Numbered from the whole stretch's first letter, positions 11,201 through 20,890 are shown. The stretch is DNA of 63,880 nt, filler included, from an uncultured Methanosarcinales archaeon (GCA_964550945.1; 11 parts of 11 records of this genome joined end to end with filler, not necessarily neighbours in it), one strand, 5' to 3'. Notes: generated by a model from the letters alone, not told the origin. Program-made: numbers and translations.

Positions 11201-12484
11201 TTAGTTGCAAGCTTGTACACTACGGATTCAGATGGCCTTAATTCTGGAGAGGAATTAAAAGGCAAGCTATCCAGTTCCAAAGGAAGAACTCAAGGATCGC
11301 TAGCTATGCTTACTGCGCAAGACAGGCAGGAAGGAGTAAACTATCTCAGGGAAAACTGGGAGAATGCTAAGGCCATTTTGAATAGTGAAGAATTTGGCTC
11401 TGATATGAAACGGATTATGGGCCTTGATGTTGAGGAGGCGGATTCCAATCTATATTCTAAATCTGCTCTTGACATTGAGAAGGGCATACAAGAACAAAAA
11501 TTCAATGAAAAAAGAGAAGAGTTTAGAATGAAGTTATTAGGATCTGAAGAAGCAGCCAGAGTTGCAAAATATGTTGATGAGACAATAAGCCCTTTAACTG
11601 TAATTCCTGTAGCTGCTGGCGCAACAGCAGGAACCACAACCTTTAGGGCTGCAGCAACAGCTGCTGCTAAAGATATAATTCTCCTGGGTACTGGGGACGC
11701 TGTAGCAGCAGCATTGTTTGAATCATCCGGCATTAATGTGGAAGAACATCCATTTGTGATTGCTGGTGTAGGAATTGGCGTATCAAGCTTAATAAGTGCA
11801 CGTAATCTAGCAAAATTATCCAAGAGTGTAACCGCTACTTTTGAGGATAAATTAGATGAAGCAACTAGCTTAATGGATAATCAACGAATAGCGGCTCAAA
11901 TAGATGTGCAACCTGTAAGTGAATCAAGTAAATTCATGAACAATGGCGAATGGGTTGATCTAGATTATGGCGTTCAAGTTAGGGAAACTAATCTAGGTTT
12001 CGAGAAAAGACTAAAACCTCACGATGAAAGTTTAAAGAACAGTATTGTAATTGACTATTTTGGGAGAAAAAGCCTTGTTGATCAAGAAAGAGCGCTTAAA
12101 ACACTTGCTGATAAAGGGGTGCAACCTGACTTGGTTGTGCAATCATTTGAAGATACTGGGACTCTAATTACAAAAAAAGTAACAACAGGTGCTGAGGCAG
12201 ACATACCTTTTATACAGATGATGACATTTGAAAAAAGAGCTGCAGCAGCCTTAAGACAGCCAATTACTGATATGCGCCCAAGAAATTTAGGTGTTTATAA
12301 TGGTCAAGTAGTCACATTTGATCCTGTGATGGGCAAGGAGCAAAGGTGGCTAGTATATGGCGCAGGAGCTACAGCTGTTCTCATGCACTCAGTAGCTAAA
12401 TATAAAGATTACATGTATGAACAATCATTAATGGAGGCTGAAATAACATCACAACAATCTGAAGAGCCTGCAAATAGTCCTTAG
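8276..12484 (+). CDS. 1402-aa secreted protein with possible C-terminal kinase-like domain
   Basis: Signal peptide; beta-rich N-terminal half; Ala/Gly hydrophobic helices; tail TDMRPRNLGVYNGQVVTFDP. Confidence 0.7.
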   Translation: MNKRQLSIMWIFVLIVLSQIAIAQCPDPNDPSCEEFNQVDPSTWDETNIDQVPVDQLSSHPDVAIKYWSNIDTGKKEELFARDFDRFKGAGRADAYFTEKIGNRKPISGLDAVSGVSYSSGVLINGDARLDQNHFPAEAISAKAIEGGFIFIYGNQNEIEVLHGSISQDNKLEDGSVVKFSGAGQSARVEDNKVTLSGASITVRSNNIHVIGESAHAEIIQDGETAEVISGKFEYKDGAVVLESFDGKQSTFENKLTNLKVSTVGYPLVVVPQGNKIPSGFDPDIHNMVIYAEDFLQTNGAVEVSYKDFHITSKPEKDSDSVNSIFRFQNGETFAYGSIVVETSQYKYQGLKDSSTYTKQQNGISNFYCGDEEGDVAIFTNKIMLGDLAAEQGFVVDEITLADGKKITDLGITAVISKKDEKYSLNLDKGSLLLAAEIEKDPYKFALVNDFTLTLGDSQQASFVMSPDLGMVYDAGDGNPVRSLSPRKTHYYLGSDLPTVANIAQRGIERHEQDTAINRILLQKAYSLLQNEKDEVESFEQMKSFIDNMGSGSKYTYKAAFVLDNIGHLDSRSLDKEFYARNLLEVETSINNFAFFSAQFSPADVKDYLSLKHDIGTRNQLFNSVQESKDELQLRLATYIRLNEIKGSADFGISDSKVADAWRSLYYLENIDGNGNYMDTGPSESKINLLSNLAVASANTGRISDSINIQNNIRKMAADLRLKYTTELESIGSATDKSAEAADLKRKLGALDGFENSDYPRFITGRNLKNIRDSILFREELLSDVENERTPLFDRDTGIDYSSNPYLYQGIGLLQSVSGGYFLAAANALGMSDEALGYVSKMRDIDKQYMSGYNLVDTMINDLGYNGEEAYRIISSGSEEELKTLSDQLSIHIITDDKRLQGSIGTAEFDEYMGARRDYLTNKGGIIDNPDQGTITDLNGKTLLSYDDVSGSYFDANGNAVDLVEFAKQNPDFAYLVASLYTTDSDGLNSGEELKGKLSSSKGRTQGSLAMLTAQDRQEGVNYLRENWENAKAILNSEEFGSDMKRIMGLDVEEADSNLYSKSALDIEKGIQEQKFNEKREEFRMKLLGSEEAARVAKYVDETISPLTVIPVAAGATAGTTTFRAAATAAAKDIILLGTGDAVAAALFESSGINVEEHPFVIAGVGIGVSSLISARNLAKLSKSVTATFEDKLDEATSLMDNQRIAAQIDVQPVSESSKFMNNGEWVDLDYGVQVRETNLGFEKRLKPHDESLKNSIVIDYFGRKSLVDQERALKTLADKGVQPDLVVQSFEDTGTLITKKVTTGAEADIPFIQMMTFEKRAAAALRQPITDMRPRNLGVYNGQVVTFDPVMGKEQRWLVYGAGATAVLMHSVAKYKDYMYEQSLMEAEITSQQSEEPANSP

Positions 12485-13191
12485 TACTGCCCTGCAAAAT
12501 ATGCAAACTGCCAAAATATCCTAATTAATGAAGATTGAACAACATCTGTTTTTCCAAAGTGCAAATTAGTAATTTTGGAAGGATCCCTTATGTATTCACG
12601 AAGTCTTTTCGGCAATCCATCACCTATAGCGCTTTGGTAAAATCCCTTATCTATTTCTGTAAATGCATCCCCTAAATTCATTGGTAAATGCGCATCTGGA
12701 TTACTCACAACAGGTAACCCGTTATCTGTTGCGAAATGAAGAGCTTTAAGATTTGTATTAGGAGACTGAGTTGCATTATACTCCAAAGCATCCAATAATC
12801 CTTCTTCGTGAAGTCTTCTGAGGTTCTTTTCTCCCATAGCCAAAATTGCATAGGGATGGGCTGCAACAACCATCCCGCCCTGAGATATAATATCTTTGGC
12901 GGTGTCAATAATTGGTCTGCCTTTTTTTATTGGTTGTTCAATAAACCATGCCAACAAATGTCCTTGTCTAGTGCTTATTTCCTGTCCTCGATAAACAGCT
13001 AAGTTATTACCTTGGTAATTTATTTCTGTGTGATTTTCCCCTCTTGAGATATGATATCCTTGGCTACTTAATGTGTCTTCAAGACGACTATTCCTATGCA
13101 GCATTTCAAATGGTTTTGTGGTATCATGGTCAGTTAATATCAAGAAATCATATTCATTTTCAAATGCAGCTTGGATATACTTAAGCATTCT
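12481..13191 (-). CDS. PHP-domain metallophosphoesterase, probably 5'-truncated by contig end
   Basis: LTDHD, GQEIST..GHLL, AAHPY, NPDAH motifs; first HxH motif missing. Confidence 0.85.
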   Translation of the reverse strand, partial: RMLKYIQAAFENEYDFLILTDHDTTKPFEMLHRNSRLEDTLSSQGYHISRGENHTEINYQGNNLAVYRGQEISTRQGHLLAWFIEQPIKKGRPIIDTAKDIISQGGMVVAAHPYAILAMGEKNLRRLHEEGLLDALEYNATQSPNTNLKALHFATDNGLPVVSNPDAHLPMNLGDAFTEIDKGFYQSAIGDGLPKRLREYIRDPSKITNLHFGKTDVVQSSLIRIFWQFAYFAGQY

Positions 13192-13291
13192 NNNNNNNNN
13201 NNNNNNNNNNNNNNNNNNNNNNNNNNNNNNNNNNNTTAATTAATTAANNNNNNNNNNNNNNNNNNNNNNNNNNNNNNNNNNNNNNNNNNNN
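13192..13291. other. Artificial contig linker
   Basis: N-run + TTAATTAATTAA + N-run. Confidence 0.99.
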
Positions 13292-13704
13292 GGAAACTCT
13301 CTGTCTAATATTGGGATTGCGGCAAATGCAGCTACTGCATGCATGCTCGGAAAAGAATAATCTGGAAAATTGATTATTGGAAGGAACATCTCGAAAAAAG
13401 GCCTTGGCCTTTTGATGATAATCTTCAGTAAAAAAGACAGGATTATTGCTGTGCCATAACTTATCCATAAAGTAGGGATCCACTCTCTTTTTCTTTCCTG
13501 CCAGAGAAATAATGAGGTGATTAAGATCAGCACAATGAATATGTCTCCAAAATGGGTTATGCTGCTGAAGAACATGTCAAAAACCGCATTTTTCATCTTT
13601 TCAGGAAAAATGAATGAATAGCCATCAATGAAAAAACTAATAAAAGATAAAACTATTAACAAAATAAATATTAAAAAGTGATTTTTGGTTTTCATATTCT
13701 CCAA
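13292..13704 (-). CDS. PAP2-family phosphatase, 3'-truncated
   Basis: KIIIKRPRP and YSFPSMHA motifs with TM helices. Confidence 0.9.
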
Positions 13705-13792
13705 ACTTCCGACAGGTTTTTTTCCGATATCTGCATCCTTTCAGGATGCATGACTGTGCCTTGCTTCAGAGATATATTATTGTGTATGAGTT

Positions 13793-14833
13793 TCATTGTA
13801 CATCTTTGCTGATCAACCCATTGATATTCTTGTTTGGCCAGATCTTGCAGCCTGGCTTGATCTCAACTTCAATTGCTTTTACATTATCTGCCAAGATAGC
13901 ACCTAAATGAGCCACTTTAACTGGCTTATCTTTAACTATTGATATAACATCATTTCCTGACATTATTTCCCCATCGAACTCGCAGTTTTCTCCTATAATG
14001 GAATCTTCAACCAATGAGCCTGATCTTATTTTGGAGTTTTTATATACTATTGAATTTTTTATTATTGAGCCTTTTTCTATCACGCAATTATCATCAATAA
14101 AAGAGTTTTCAACTTTCCCATCTATGGTTGCATTTTTTCCAATAATGTTTTTTCCTTTTCTTAGTAAATGGTCTGCTTTCAACAGATCCCACGGATAGCC
14201 GATTGGAATCCAGAAATCTGCTTTCTCAATGCCAATGCCCTCTGCCCTTATCTCTTTGATTAAGTCTGTTACCTCATATTCCCCTCTTTTAGATTTTTTT
14301 AGCCTTTCCAAATGCTTAAACACTTCATTGTCAAATATGTACAAAGCGCAATTAGCAAGGTCAGAAACAAACAACTGCGGCTTTTCAACAATCTCCCATG
14401 CTTTGGCTTTTTGCGGGATTACGACCCCAAACCTTTCTGGGTTGCCTACTTTCTTTGCAAGAATGCAGTATTTGTGCTTTAAGCATCTTTTTATATCTGC
14501 TTTGCTGTATAAATCATCTCCCATCAACAAGATAAACTTGTCTTTTATCAAATCTTTGCACAGCAATAGGGCATGGCCTGTTCCAAGCTGTTCTTTTTGT
14601 TCGATTGTTTTTATTTTGAATTTATATCCGTCTTCTATGCCATTTATGAATTCAACAAGCATATCTTTCTTATAACCTGCTACTAAAATCACTTCATCAA
14701 CTATACCCTTTAATTGTTCCAGATTATGCTCCAGCAATGTTTTGCCTGCAATTTTCAACAAGGGTTTTGGCTTTGCCACTGTCAATGGATAGGTTCTTGT
14801 TGAGCTTCCTGCTGCCAATATTATTGCCTGCAT
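13793..14833 (-). CDS. Sugar-phosphate nucleotidyltransferase (archaeal GlmU-like)
   Basis: ILAAGSSTRTYPLT..KPKPLL, EQLGTGHA, IVEKP, C-terminal hexapeptide repeats. Confidence 0.9.
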   Translation of the reverse strand: MQAIILAAGSSTRTYPLTVAKPKPLLKIAGKTLLEHNLEQLKGIVDEVILVAGYKKDMLVEFINGIEDGYKFKIKTIEQKEQLGTGHALLLCKDLIKDKFILLMGDDLYSKADIKRCLKHKYCILAKKVGNPERFGVVIPQKAKAWEIVEKPQLFVSDLANCALYIFDNEVFKHLERLKKSKRGEYEVTDLIKEIRAEGIGIEKADFWIPIGYPWDLLKADHLLRKGKNIIGKNATIDGKVENSFIDDNCVIEKGSIIKNSIVYKNSKIRSGSLVEDSIIGENCEFDGEIMSGNDVISIVKDKPVKVAHLGAILADNVKAIEVEIKPGCKIWPNKNINGLISKDVQ

Positions 14834-14834
14834 T

Positions 14835-16100
14835 TTAGAAAATAGCTGTGCTTATTTTTTTAATTTTTTCTTTGATATAAACATGATCTATCACTTCTTT
14901 GATAAGCTCATCAGGAGTTAAAAATTCCCTTTTGATCTCTGCGTAAAGCCTGTTATCCTTTTCAAATGTCTTTTTGTATTTCTGCTTGAACCTTTTCACA
15001 TGGTGCAAAGCTTTTAGAGGAGGGCCTGACCTAAGTTTTTTTAGGGAAAGCTCTTGTTTCTTTATTATAAAATAGACTATCGCTTTGCTTTCTTTATCCC
15101 ACTCCCAGCCATTTTCCAGAATAACAAAATCATGCTCTTTCAGCTTAATGGTGATATAGCTAAAGGCTTTTACTAATTTAGAGCCAATAACATCTTCTTT
15201 GCCGCTTTTTGGCTCTATTTCAAGAATGATAAGATAATCTGATCTGGCCAGCTTTTTTAGATAATCCAATGTCAATGGTTTTTTTACAAAAAATTCTGGC
15301 GAAGGATTTTTTATGAACTCTCTGCATTTTTTCCTGAAACTGTCAAATCTTTCTTTAGTCACTGCAGCTGCCGCATTTCTGCCTTTCTGCACAGGGTCTA
15401 TAATTATTAAAGGCGAATGAAGCTTTGATCTATTCAGCTCGTCAAAGACGTTTTTGTTTTTAAAATAGCCTTCAACATCTATGACCACCTTGTCTTTCCA
15501 ATTCGCTGCATTTTTTATCAAATTAAGAAAACCGCCATAGGATATTGTTAGTATCTCGCATATATAGCCTGAGAATCCTCCAATATAGCTTTCAGCGCCA
15601 TAGACATCAGCAGCTTTACAGAATTGCTTTGTTAACCTGATGTCATCTGCTAGTTTGCTGTGCTTTTTAACCCATGTTGCATGCAATGGGCTGACATCTG
15701 TGATATTCTTTGCCTGCTCTGCCTTTTTTATATTTAGGATAGGAACAATCTCAAAAATAAAATCATGCAGCTTTACCTGAAAATAGTCCCTTGAGCCATG
15801 CAGCTTATTAATATTAGGGAATACCTTTTTGAGGGCTTTTTCAAGAATCCCTGAAAGCTCAGCGCTCTGGCTTTTATATTTGGTATAGTCGAACAAAACA
15901 AATAAATCGGCATCATGCGTTTTTTTTAGCCATGTTTTTTTAGCTCCTGAGCCGCCTAGAATTGCCTTGGCATTTTTTAATTTTTTATTTATTTTCTTTA
16001 AAACATCGTCAATTTTTGCCAATAGCTCTTTTTCCTCTTTTTTTGTTGGCTTTATATCCTTCTTTACTGTTTCCAATATATTTTTGATTTCTTTTTGCAT
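14835..16100 (-). CDS. cca: Archaeal class I CCA-adding enzyme
   Basis: GGSGAKKTWL..HDADLF, YGAESYIGGFSGY, IIIDPVQKGRNAAAA, GPPL. Confidence 0.95.
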   Translation of the reverse strand: MQKEIKNILETVKKDIKPTKKEEKELLAKIDDVLKKINKKLKNAKAILGGSGAKKTWLKKTHDADLFVLFDYTKYKSQSAELSGILEKALKKVFPNINKLHGSRDYFQVKLHDFIFEIVPILNIKKAEQAKNITDVSPLHATWVKKHSKLADDIRLTKQFCKAADVYGAESYIGGFSGYICEILTISYGGFLNLIKNAANWKDKVVIDVEGYFKNKNVFDELNRSKLHSPLIIIDPVQKGRNAAAAVTKERFDSFRKKCREFIKNPSPEFFVKKPLTLDYLKKLARSDYLIILEIEPKSGKEDVIGSKLVKAFSYITIKLKEHDFVILENGWEWDKESKAIVYFIIKKQELSLKKLRSGPPLKALHHVKRFKQKYKKTFEKDNRLYAEIKREFLTPDELIKEVIDHVYIKEKIKKISTAIF

Positions 16101-16206
16101 AATGGGCTAGGGGGCGGTTCTATATAAAAGCTTTTTGGGTTGTTTGGATTTTGGTTAACCATAAATTATTTAAACATACGCGCTTCTTATTGTCAAAAAA
16201 GAGGCC

Positions 16207-17397
16207 ATGATGGATGCTTTAATCATTTTGTTTCATATAACGGCAATCTTACTGCTGGGAGTCCTTTGCTCGATGATTTCCCGCAAACTTAGGCTATCTG
16301 GAGTGATATTACTCCTTCTTTTGGGCGTATTGCTTAACAGGTTAAACTATAACGGCATATTTGGGCTTCCAGTATCATTTCTGGCTTCTCTCGCGATATT
16401 TGCTTTAGTGATGGTTGTTTTTGATGAATCGTCAAAGTTTAAACTAAAGAAGTTTGGCAGGGTTTCTTTAACAGCTCTAAAGTTAACAATAACCTGCTTT
16501 GTGTTAAACTTAATATTGTTGACATTCTTCGCAAGATTTGTAGTTGGCATCAGAAGCATACCTCTTGCTTTATTATTTGCTGTTCTTGTTTCTGGAACTG
16601 ATACATCAGTTATCCTATCCAAATTTGGAGCAGTAAAATCGAAGATTATTGATGTTCTTAAGATGGAGTCTTTATTGAGCACTCTTTTAACTGTTCTGTT
16701 GCCATTTGTACTATTGGATGTGTGGAGCGGCTTTAGGGCAGGAGAGTTGGCGGCTAACATATTCAATCAGGTTGTTTGGCTGATACAGCATCTTATCATA
16801 GGCATTGGCGCTGGCGTTTTGATAGGCATTGTTGTATTAAAAATTATTAAAAAATCGTATTCAGAGCTGTTATCTCCTTTGGCTGTAATCAGCGCAGCGC
16901 TGCTTTCTTATATAATATCAGAGACTCTTGGAGGAAGCGGCGTTGTAGCGGTAATAACATTTGGAATATTCTTTGGCAACATATACATAAAAGAGAAAGC
17001 TGAGCTAACCAATTTCAGCTCTATATTTGTGAAATTTCTTGGGATTGTAGTGTTTATCCTTATAGGCTTGATTCTTGGCTTTCCATTGGATCTAACTTTC
17101 TTCTTAAGCTCCTTGATACTATTCGTGATATTTTTGGCAGTAAGGCTTGGCTCTGTCTTATTTGTCTTTAAAAAAATGAATATCAGGGAAAAATTGTTTA
17201 TAACATTAAATGCACGGAAGGGATTAGCTGCTGCGGTTGTTATATTCATGCTAATAACATCGATAGGGAACATTTGCGCAGCCAGCTTAACTGATTCTAT
17301 TGAAATACTTCATCTGGCTTTGGCATTCATCGCTTATTCTATCTTGTTGTCAGCGATCACTCTTCGATTTTCAAAATATTTCATTGGTGTGAAATGA
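16207..17397 (+). CDS. Cation:proton antiporter (CPA1/NhaP-like)
   Basis: About 12 TM helices; SGTD, KMESLL, GGSGVVAV, RKGLAAAV. Confidence 0.85.
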   Translation: MMDALIILFHITAILLLGVLCSMISRKLRLSGVILLLLLGVLLNRLNYNGIFGLPVSFLASLAIFALVMVVFDESSKFKLKKFGRVSLTALKLTITCFVLNLILLTFFARFVVGIRSIPLALLFAVLVSGTDTSVILSKFGAVKSKIIDVLKMESLLSTLLTVLLPFVLLDVWSGFRAGELAANIFNQVVWLIQHLIIGIGAGVLIGIVVLKIIKKSYSELLSPLAVISAALLSYIISETLGGSGVVAVITFGIFFGNIYIKEKAELTNFSSIFVKFLGIVVFILIGLILGFPLDLTFFLSSLILFVIFLAVRLGSVLFVFKKMNIREKLFITLNARKGLAAAVVIFMLITSIGNICAASLTDSIEILHLALAFIAYSILLSAITLRFSKYFIGVK

Positions 17398-17585
17398 TAA
17401 GATTCGGGCCTGGTGGAACTGCCTATGTTGTCACAAAGCACTCTGGCCTTGATAACAATAGCTTCAATCATTTAGCTTTGTACGATGCAGATTACTATAA
17501 GATCATGGAAAACCTCAAGGCAATAGCAGAAGCTTCAAAAGAGATTATTGAGTTTGTTGAATGTGGCTGTGAATGTTCTGAGTAG
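17394..17585 (+). pseudogene. Chimeric ORF: endonuclease IV-like start (MIRFGPGG) fused to an unrelated fragment
   Basis: MIRFGPxG is typical of archaeal Endo IV/TIM-barrel N-termini; ATGA overlap with antiporter stop; ends in the 99-bp repeat. Confidence 0.5.
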
Positions 17586-17606
17586 CTTTTAATATAGTTT
17601 ATATAA
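17508..17606 (+). repeat. 99-bp dispersed repeat, copy 2
   Basis: 98/99 identical to 1064..1162. Confidence 0.95.
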
Positions 17607-17689
17607 ACACTTCCTGTTAATTTCTATCTAGTTACAATAAAGGCTTAAATAGAAAATTCCATTTTTAGTGCTAAAGGGGGGTGTTTTGT

Positions 17690-17878
17690 ATTAGTTTTAG
17701 TGAGAGAAGCCAATTTAATCTCTTGGCTCTTGTAGCTATATTCTTTAGTTCTATTATTGTCAGTGCTGTTGTTTTGAACCAGACCATTAGCGATTCTAAT
17801 GAAACCAATGCACCTGCTCTGCCTGATGATTTTGTTGAAATTGACAAATTAAAGATAAAGATACAAGGATGTGTTTAA
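17690..17878 (+). CDS. Short secreted-protein fragment, possible remnant
   Basis: RSQ-hydrophobic N-terminus and NETN like the neighbouring subtilase; early stop; start ATT 17690 or GTG 17681. Confidence 0.45.
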   Translation: MSFSERSQFNLLALVAIFFSSIIVSAVVLNQTISDSNETNAPALPDDFVEIDKLKIKIQGCV

Positions 17879-18117
17879 AAAATTAATCAAAACTCAAAGT
17901 CATAGTAGATTAAATTGGCTTTAAGGGTTATAGGGTAAGGACACTCCCTTTTTCAAGTTTCTTACCCATAACCCCCTATTTGATTGTATTGAATAACAAA
18001 CAAAAAAGAGTCGAAAAAACAGTTTGATTAGGTGTAAATTTATCAATTTATCGTCGATAAAAATAAAAAGGTTTAAATAGGAGTTAGAGTTTGCTGTTAA
18101 ATGTTGGGGTGGAAAAG

Positions 18118-19541
18118 ATTACAAAAAGAGGTCAGTTAAAGACTATCATTTCACTACTGTTACTAATTTCTATATTCTTCATTACTGTTTTTGGTATAAA
18201 CCAAAACGAAACAAACAGCTCTTTAGGAGAGGATGGTTTGAATGTAGCTTCTGATTTGGATATAACTCCTGATATTAGTCTTATTGTTGAGAACGATACA
18301 TATAATGCGCCTGTTGATGTTGCTAATCACCCAGAAGATAATAGTGCTAATGAGAGTTTAGATGCTATAACCGGCTCTGTTATCACCGAAGGCAGCGAGA
18401 GCGAGCTTAATCAAAGTGAACTTATCTTAAATGAGAGTATTCCTTCTAAGAATATAACTAATCTTACACTGCCTCTAGAGAATGTTACAATAGCTGAGAT
18501 TAGTGTTACTGATAATTTGAGCGCAGCAAGTGAGTTAAGCATGACAAAAAAAGACATAAAAAATTTAATAAACCTGCACAAAGACAAACTAAACGAAAAA
18601 ACAGAAGAATACCTCGAAAATATTAAAAATAAAGAAGAAAGAAATGAATATTTGGTAAGTTATAAAAAATCATTTAATAAAGACAAGATAAAAGACATTG
18701 AAGAGGAATATCTAGGATTTAATATTGCAAAAATAGGAAGCAATATAACCGATATTGAAGACTTAATTGATGATTCAGATATAGAATATATAGAGCTTGA
18801 CCAGGGTATAGAATCATTAGAGGATAACATCCCATATAATATACAAAAGACAAAAGCTCCTTCTGTTTGGGATATAACGAAAGGAAACGGTGTTAGAATA
18901 GCAATTTTAGATACAGGTATTAGCCAGCATGATGATTTAGCTGTTTCTGGAGGATATTCGGTTATAAGCGATAATTATGATGATAACAATGGCCATGGAA
19001 CTGCTGTCGCAGGCGTTGTTTCTGCTCTGTTAAATGAATATGGATTAGCTGGTGTAGCTCCGGAAGCTGATATTTACGCTGTTAAAATAATGGAAGATTC
19101 TACAGGGCATTTATCAGATGCTATTGAAGGCATTGAATGGGCTATCGACAACAATATGGACATCATTTCCATGAGCTTTGGCATGGAAAGCTATTCACAA
19201 ATATTTAAAGAAGTTATAGAAGAAGCTTATGATAATAATATTTTATTAATAGCTGCAACAGGCAATAATGGAGAAAATAATATTTTGTATCCTGCTGCCT
19301 ACTCTGATGTTATTGCAGTTGGTGCTGTAGACGAAAACAATGAAAAAGCACTTTTCTCAAATTACGGATTTGAACTCGAATTGGTTGCTCCAGGAGTTAA
19401 TATTAACACCACTTATTTGGATGATGGTTATACAGTTGCTAGCGGAACTTCTATTGCTGTCCCTCACGTTGTTGGGGCAGCGGCTTTAATCAAGTCATAT
19501 AATCAAATCTTAACAAATTCCCAGATAAGAGCAAAACTAAG
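18118..19541 (+). CDS. Secreted S8 subtilase, 3'-truncated
   Basis: ILDTG, GHGTAVAG, AATGNNG, SGTSIAVPHV; start ATT 18118 or TTG 18091. Confidence 0.92.
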
Positions 19542-19641
19542 NNNNNNNNNNNNNNNNNNNNNNNNNNNNNNNNNNNNNNNNNNNNTTAATTAATTAANNN
19601 NNNNNNNNNNNNNNNNNNNNNNNNNNNNNNNNNNNNNNNNN
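19542..19641. other. Artificial contig linker
   Basis: N-run + TTAATTAATTAA + N-run. Confidence 0.99.
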
Positions 19642-20032
19642 TGAAACACAAGATTGCGGTTATTATGTTCATTAAGTGTTCTTTGTAAGCCTTGCGGTTG
19701 GTGCTGGGGCAGTCAATTATTGCATTGTCCGGCTTTAGATAATCTATGATCTCAGCAGATTTTTGCGCCTCCAGCCAGTTCAGGTTCAACTCATCAGAAT
19801 TGAGAGCATCATCAATCTCATTGGGTTGTATTATTATAATCTTGTATTTCAGAATATGTTTTATTATCTTATCAAATAACTGGTCGCGTTGTTTTGGCGT
19901 CAACAGTTTAGAATCCTTGACCCCCATTTTTTTTAGTTTAGGCTCGTCTTCCTCATTAATAAGAACGCCGCACATTACCATAGGGCCTATCACAGGGCCT
20001 CTTCCGGCTTCATCAATACCGCACAATAGCAT
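19642..20032 (-). CDS. rnhB: Ribonuclease HII, 3'-truncated
   Basis: GIDEAGRGPVIGP, VKDSKLL, LNWLE, IIDC. Confidence 0.96.
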
Positions 20033-20148
20033 AGATTCTAGCTTTTATGTTATCATTTATATTCTTTTTTGTTTTTTAACATACAACGTTAGATGAACCC
20101 ATTCAAAATAATAAACTATATAAACCACCAACACAAACAAGGCTAGGT

Positions 20149-20487
20149 ATGACAGAAGAAATTATTCAGTTCATAGGATTAAATGATCTGGAAATGCCAG
20201 AGCAGGCTCTAGTGAATAAGCTAGCGACTAGCTATCATGAAAAGATCAGAAGGCAATTAAGTAATATGACTTCTTTAGTAGTGCATATAAAAATTCATAA
20301 AAAAACAGGAACACACCATAAGTATAGCCTCCATGCCAGAGCGCTTGCTCCTTCAAAAATGTTTGAATCAACAGCAACAGACTGGGACTTGGCAAAGGCA
20401 TTGCACAAAGTGTTTATTGAGATGGAACGTGAGATCCAGCACAAGTTAAAAACCGATTCACAGCACCATAAGTCATACGAGAGGTAA
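20149..20487 (+). CDS. HPF/RaiA-like ribosome hibernation domain protein
   Basis: LVVHIK..G..HKYSLHAR..FESTATDWDLAKALHKVFIEMEREI pattern. Confidence 0.6.
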   Translation: MTEEIIQFIGLNDLEMPEQALVNKLATSYHEKIRRQLSNMTSLVVHIKIHKKTGTHHKYSLHARALAPSKMFESTATDWDLAKALHKVFIEMEREIQHKLKTDSQHHKSYER

Positions 20488-20490
20488 AAA

Positions 20491-20802
20491 ATGGTTAAAG
20501 ATGTTTATCCAGCAGAAGAGCAAGGCATTGAAAAAGAAGAGACAGAAGAGAAAGTTAAGCAAGACATGGAAGAAGGCGAAAAAGAAGCGGATGTTTACAC
20601 AAAAGAAGGCCGTGAGAAATTAAGCGAAAATGACGAGATAAGCCCTGGAGAAGAAGGCTTTACTGAAGGTGAAGACGATATTGAATGCAAGAACTGCGGC
20701 CAGTTAATAGACCAGGAAGATGCCATAATCGCAACAGACAGCGATGGAAAGAAACACTATTTCTGCAGCGAAGAATGCGCTGAAGAGTTTGAAGAAAAAT
20801 AG
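20491..20802 (+). CDS. Acidic protein with TRASH/YHS-like zinc finger
   Basis: CKNCG..GKKHYFCSEEC. Confidence 0.7.
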   Translation: MVKDVYPAEEQGIEKEETEEKVKQDMEEGEKEADVYTKEGREKLSENDEISPGEEGFTEGEDDIECKNCGQLIDQEDAIIATDSDGKKHYFCSEECAEEFEEK

Positions 20803-20890
20803 CGGAGAGTGGATTTGAACCACTGACCTATGGGTTTCTTACGAAAGAAGTTATGAGCCCATCGGGCACTCCTGACTGCCCTACTCCGCT
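20800..20890 (-). tRNA. Initiator tRNA-Met(CAU) with a 16-nt anticodon-loop intron; CCA not encoded
   Basis: Minus strand AGCGGAG...ATGGG CTCATA[ACTTCTTTCGTAAGAA]A CCCAT...GGTTCAAATCC..CTCCGCTA; A1-U72 pair and three G-C pairs in the anticodon stem. Confidence 0.93.

Noticed and set aside
1064..17606. 99-bp repeat pair as a DGR template/variable repeat
   Set aside because: The single mismatch is C/G rather than adenine-specific, and no reverse transcriptase is present
19642..19670. Unusual RNase HII C-terminus (IITAILCF)
   Set aside because: At the contig edge; probably a chimeric or misassembled end, since the opposite strand reads KHKIAV like a plausible continuation
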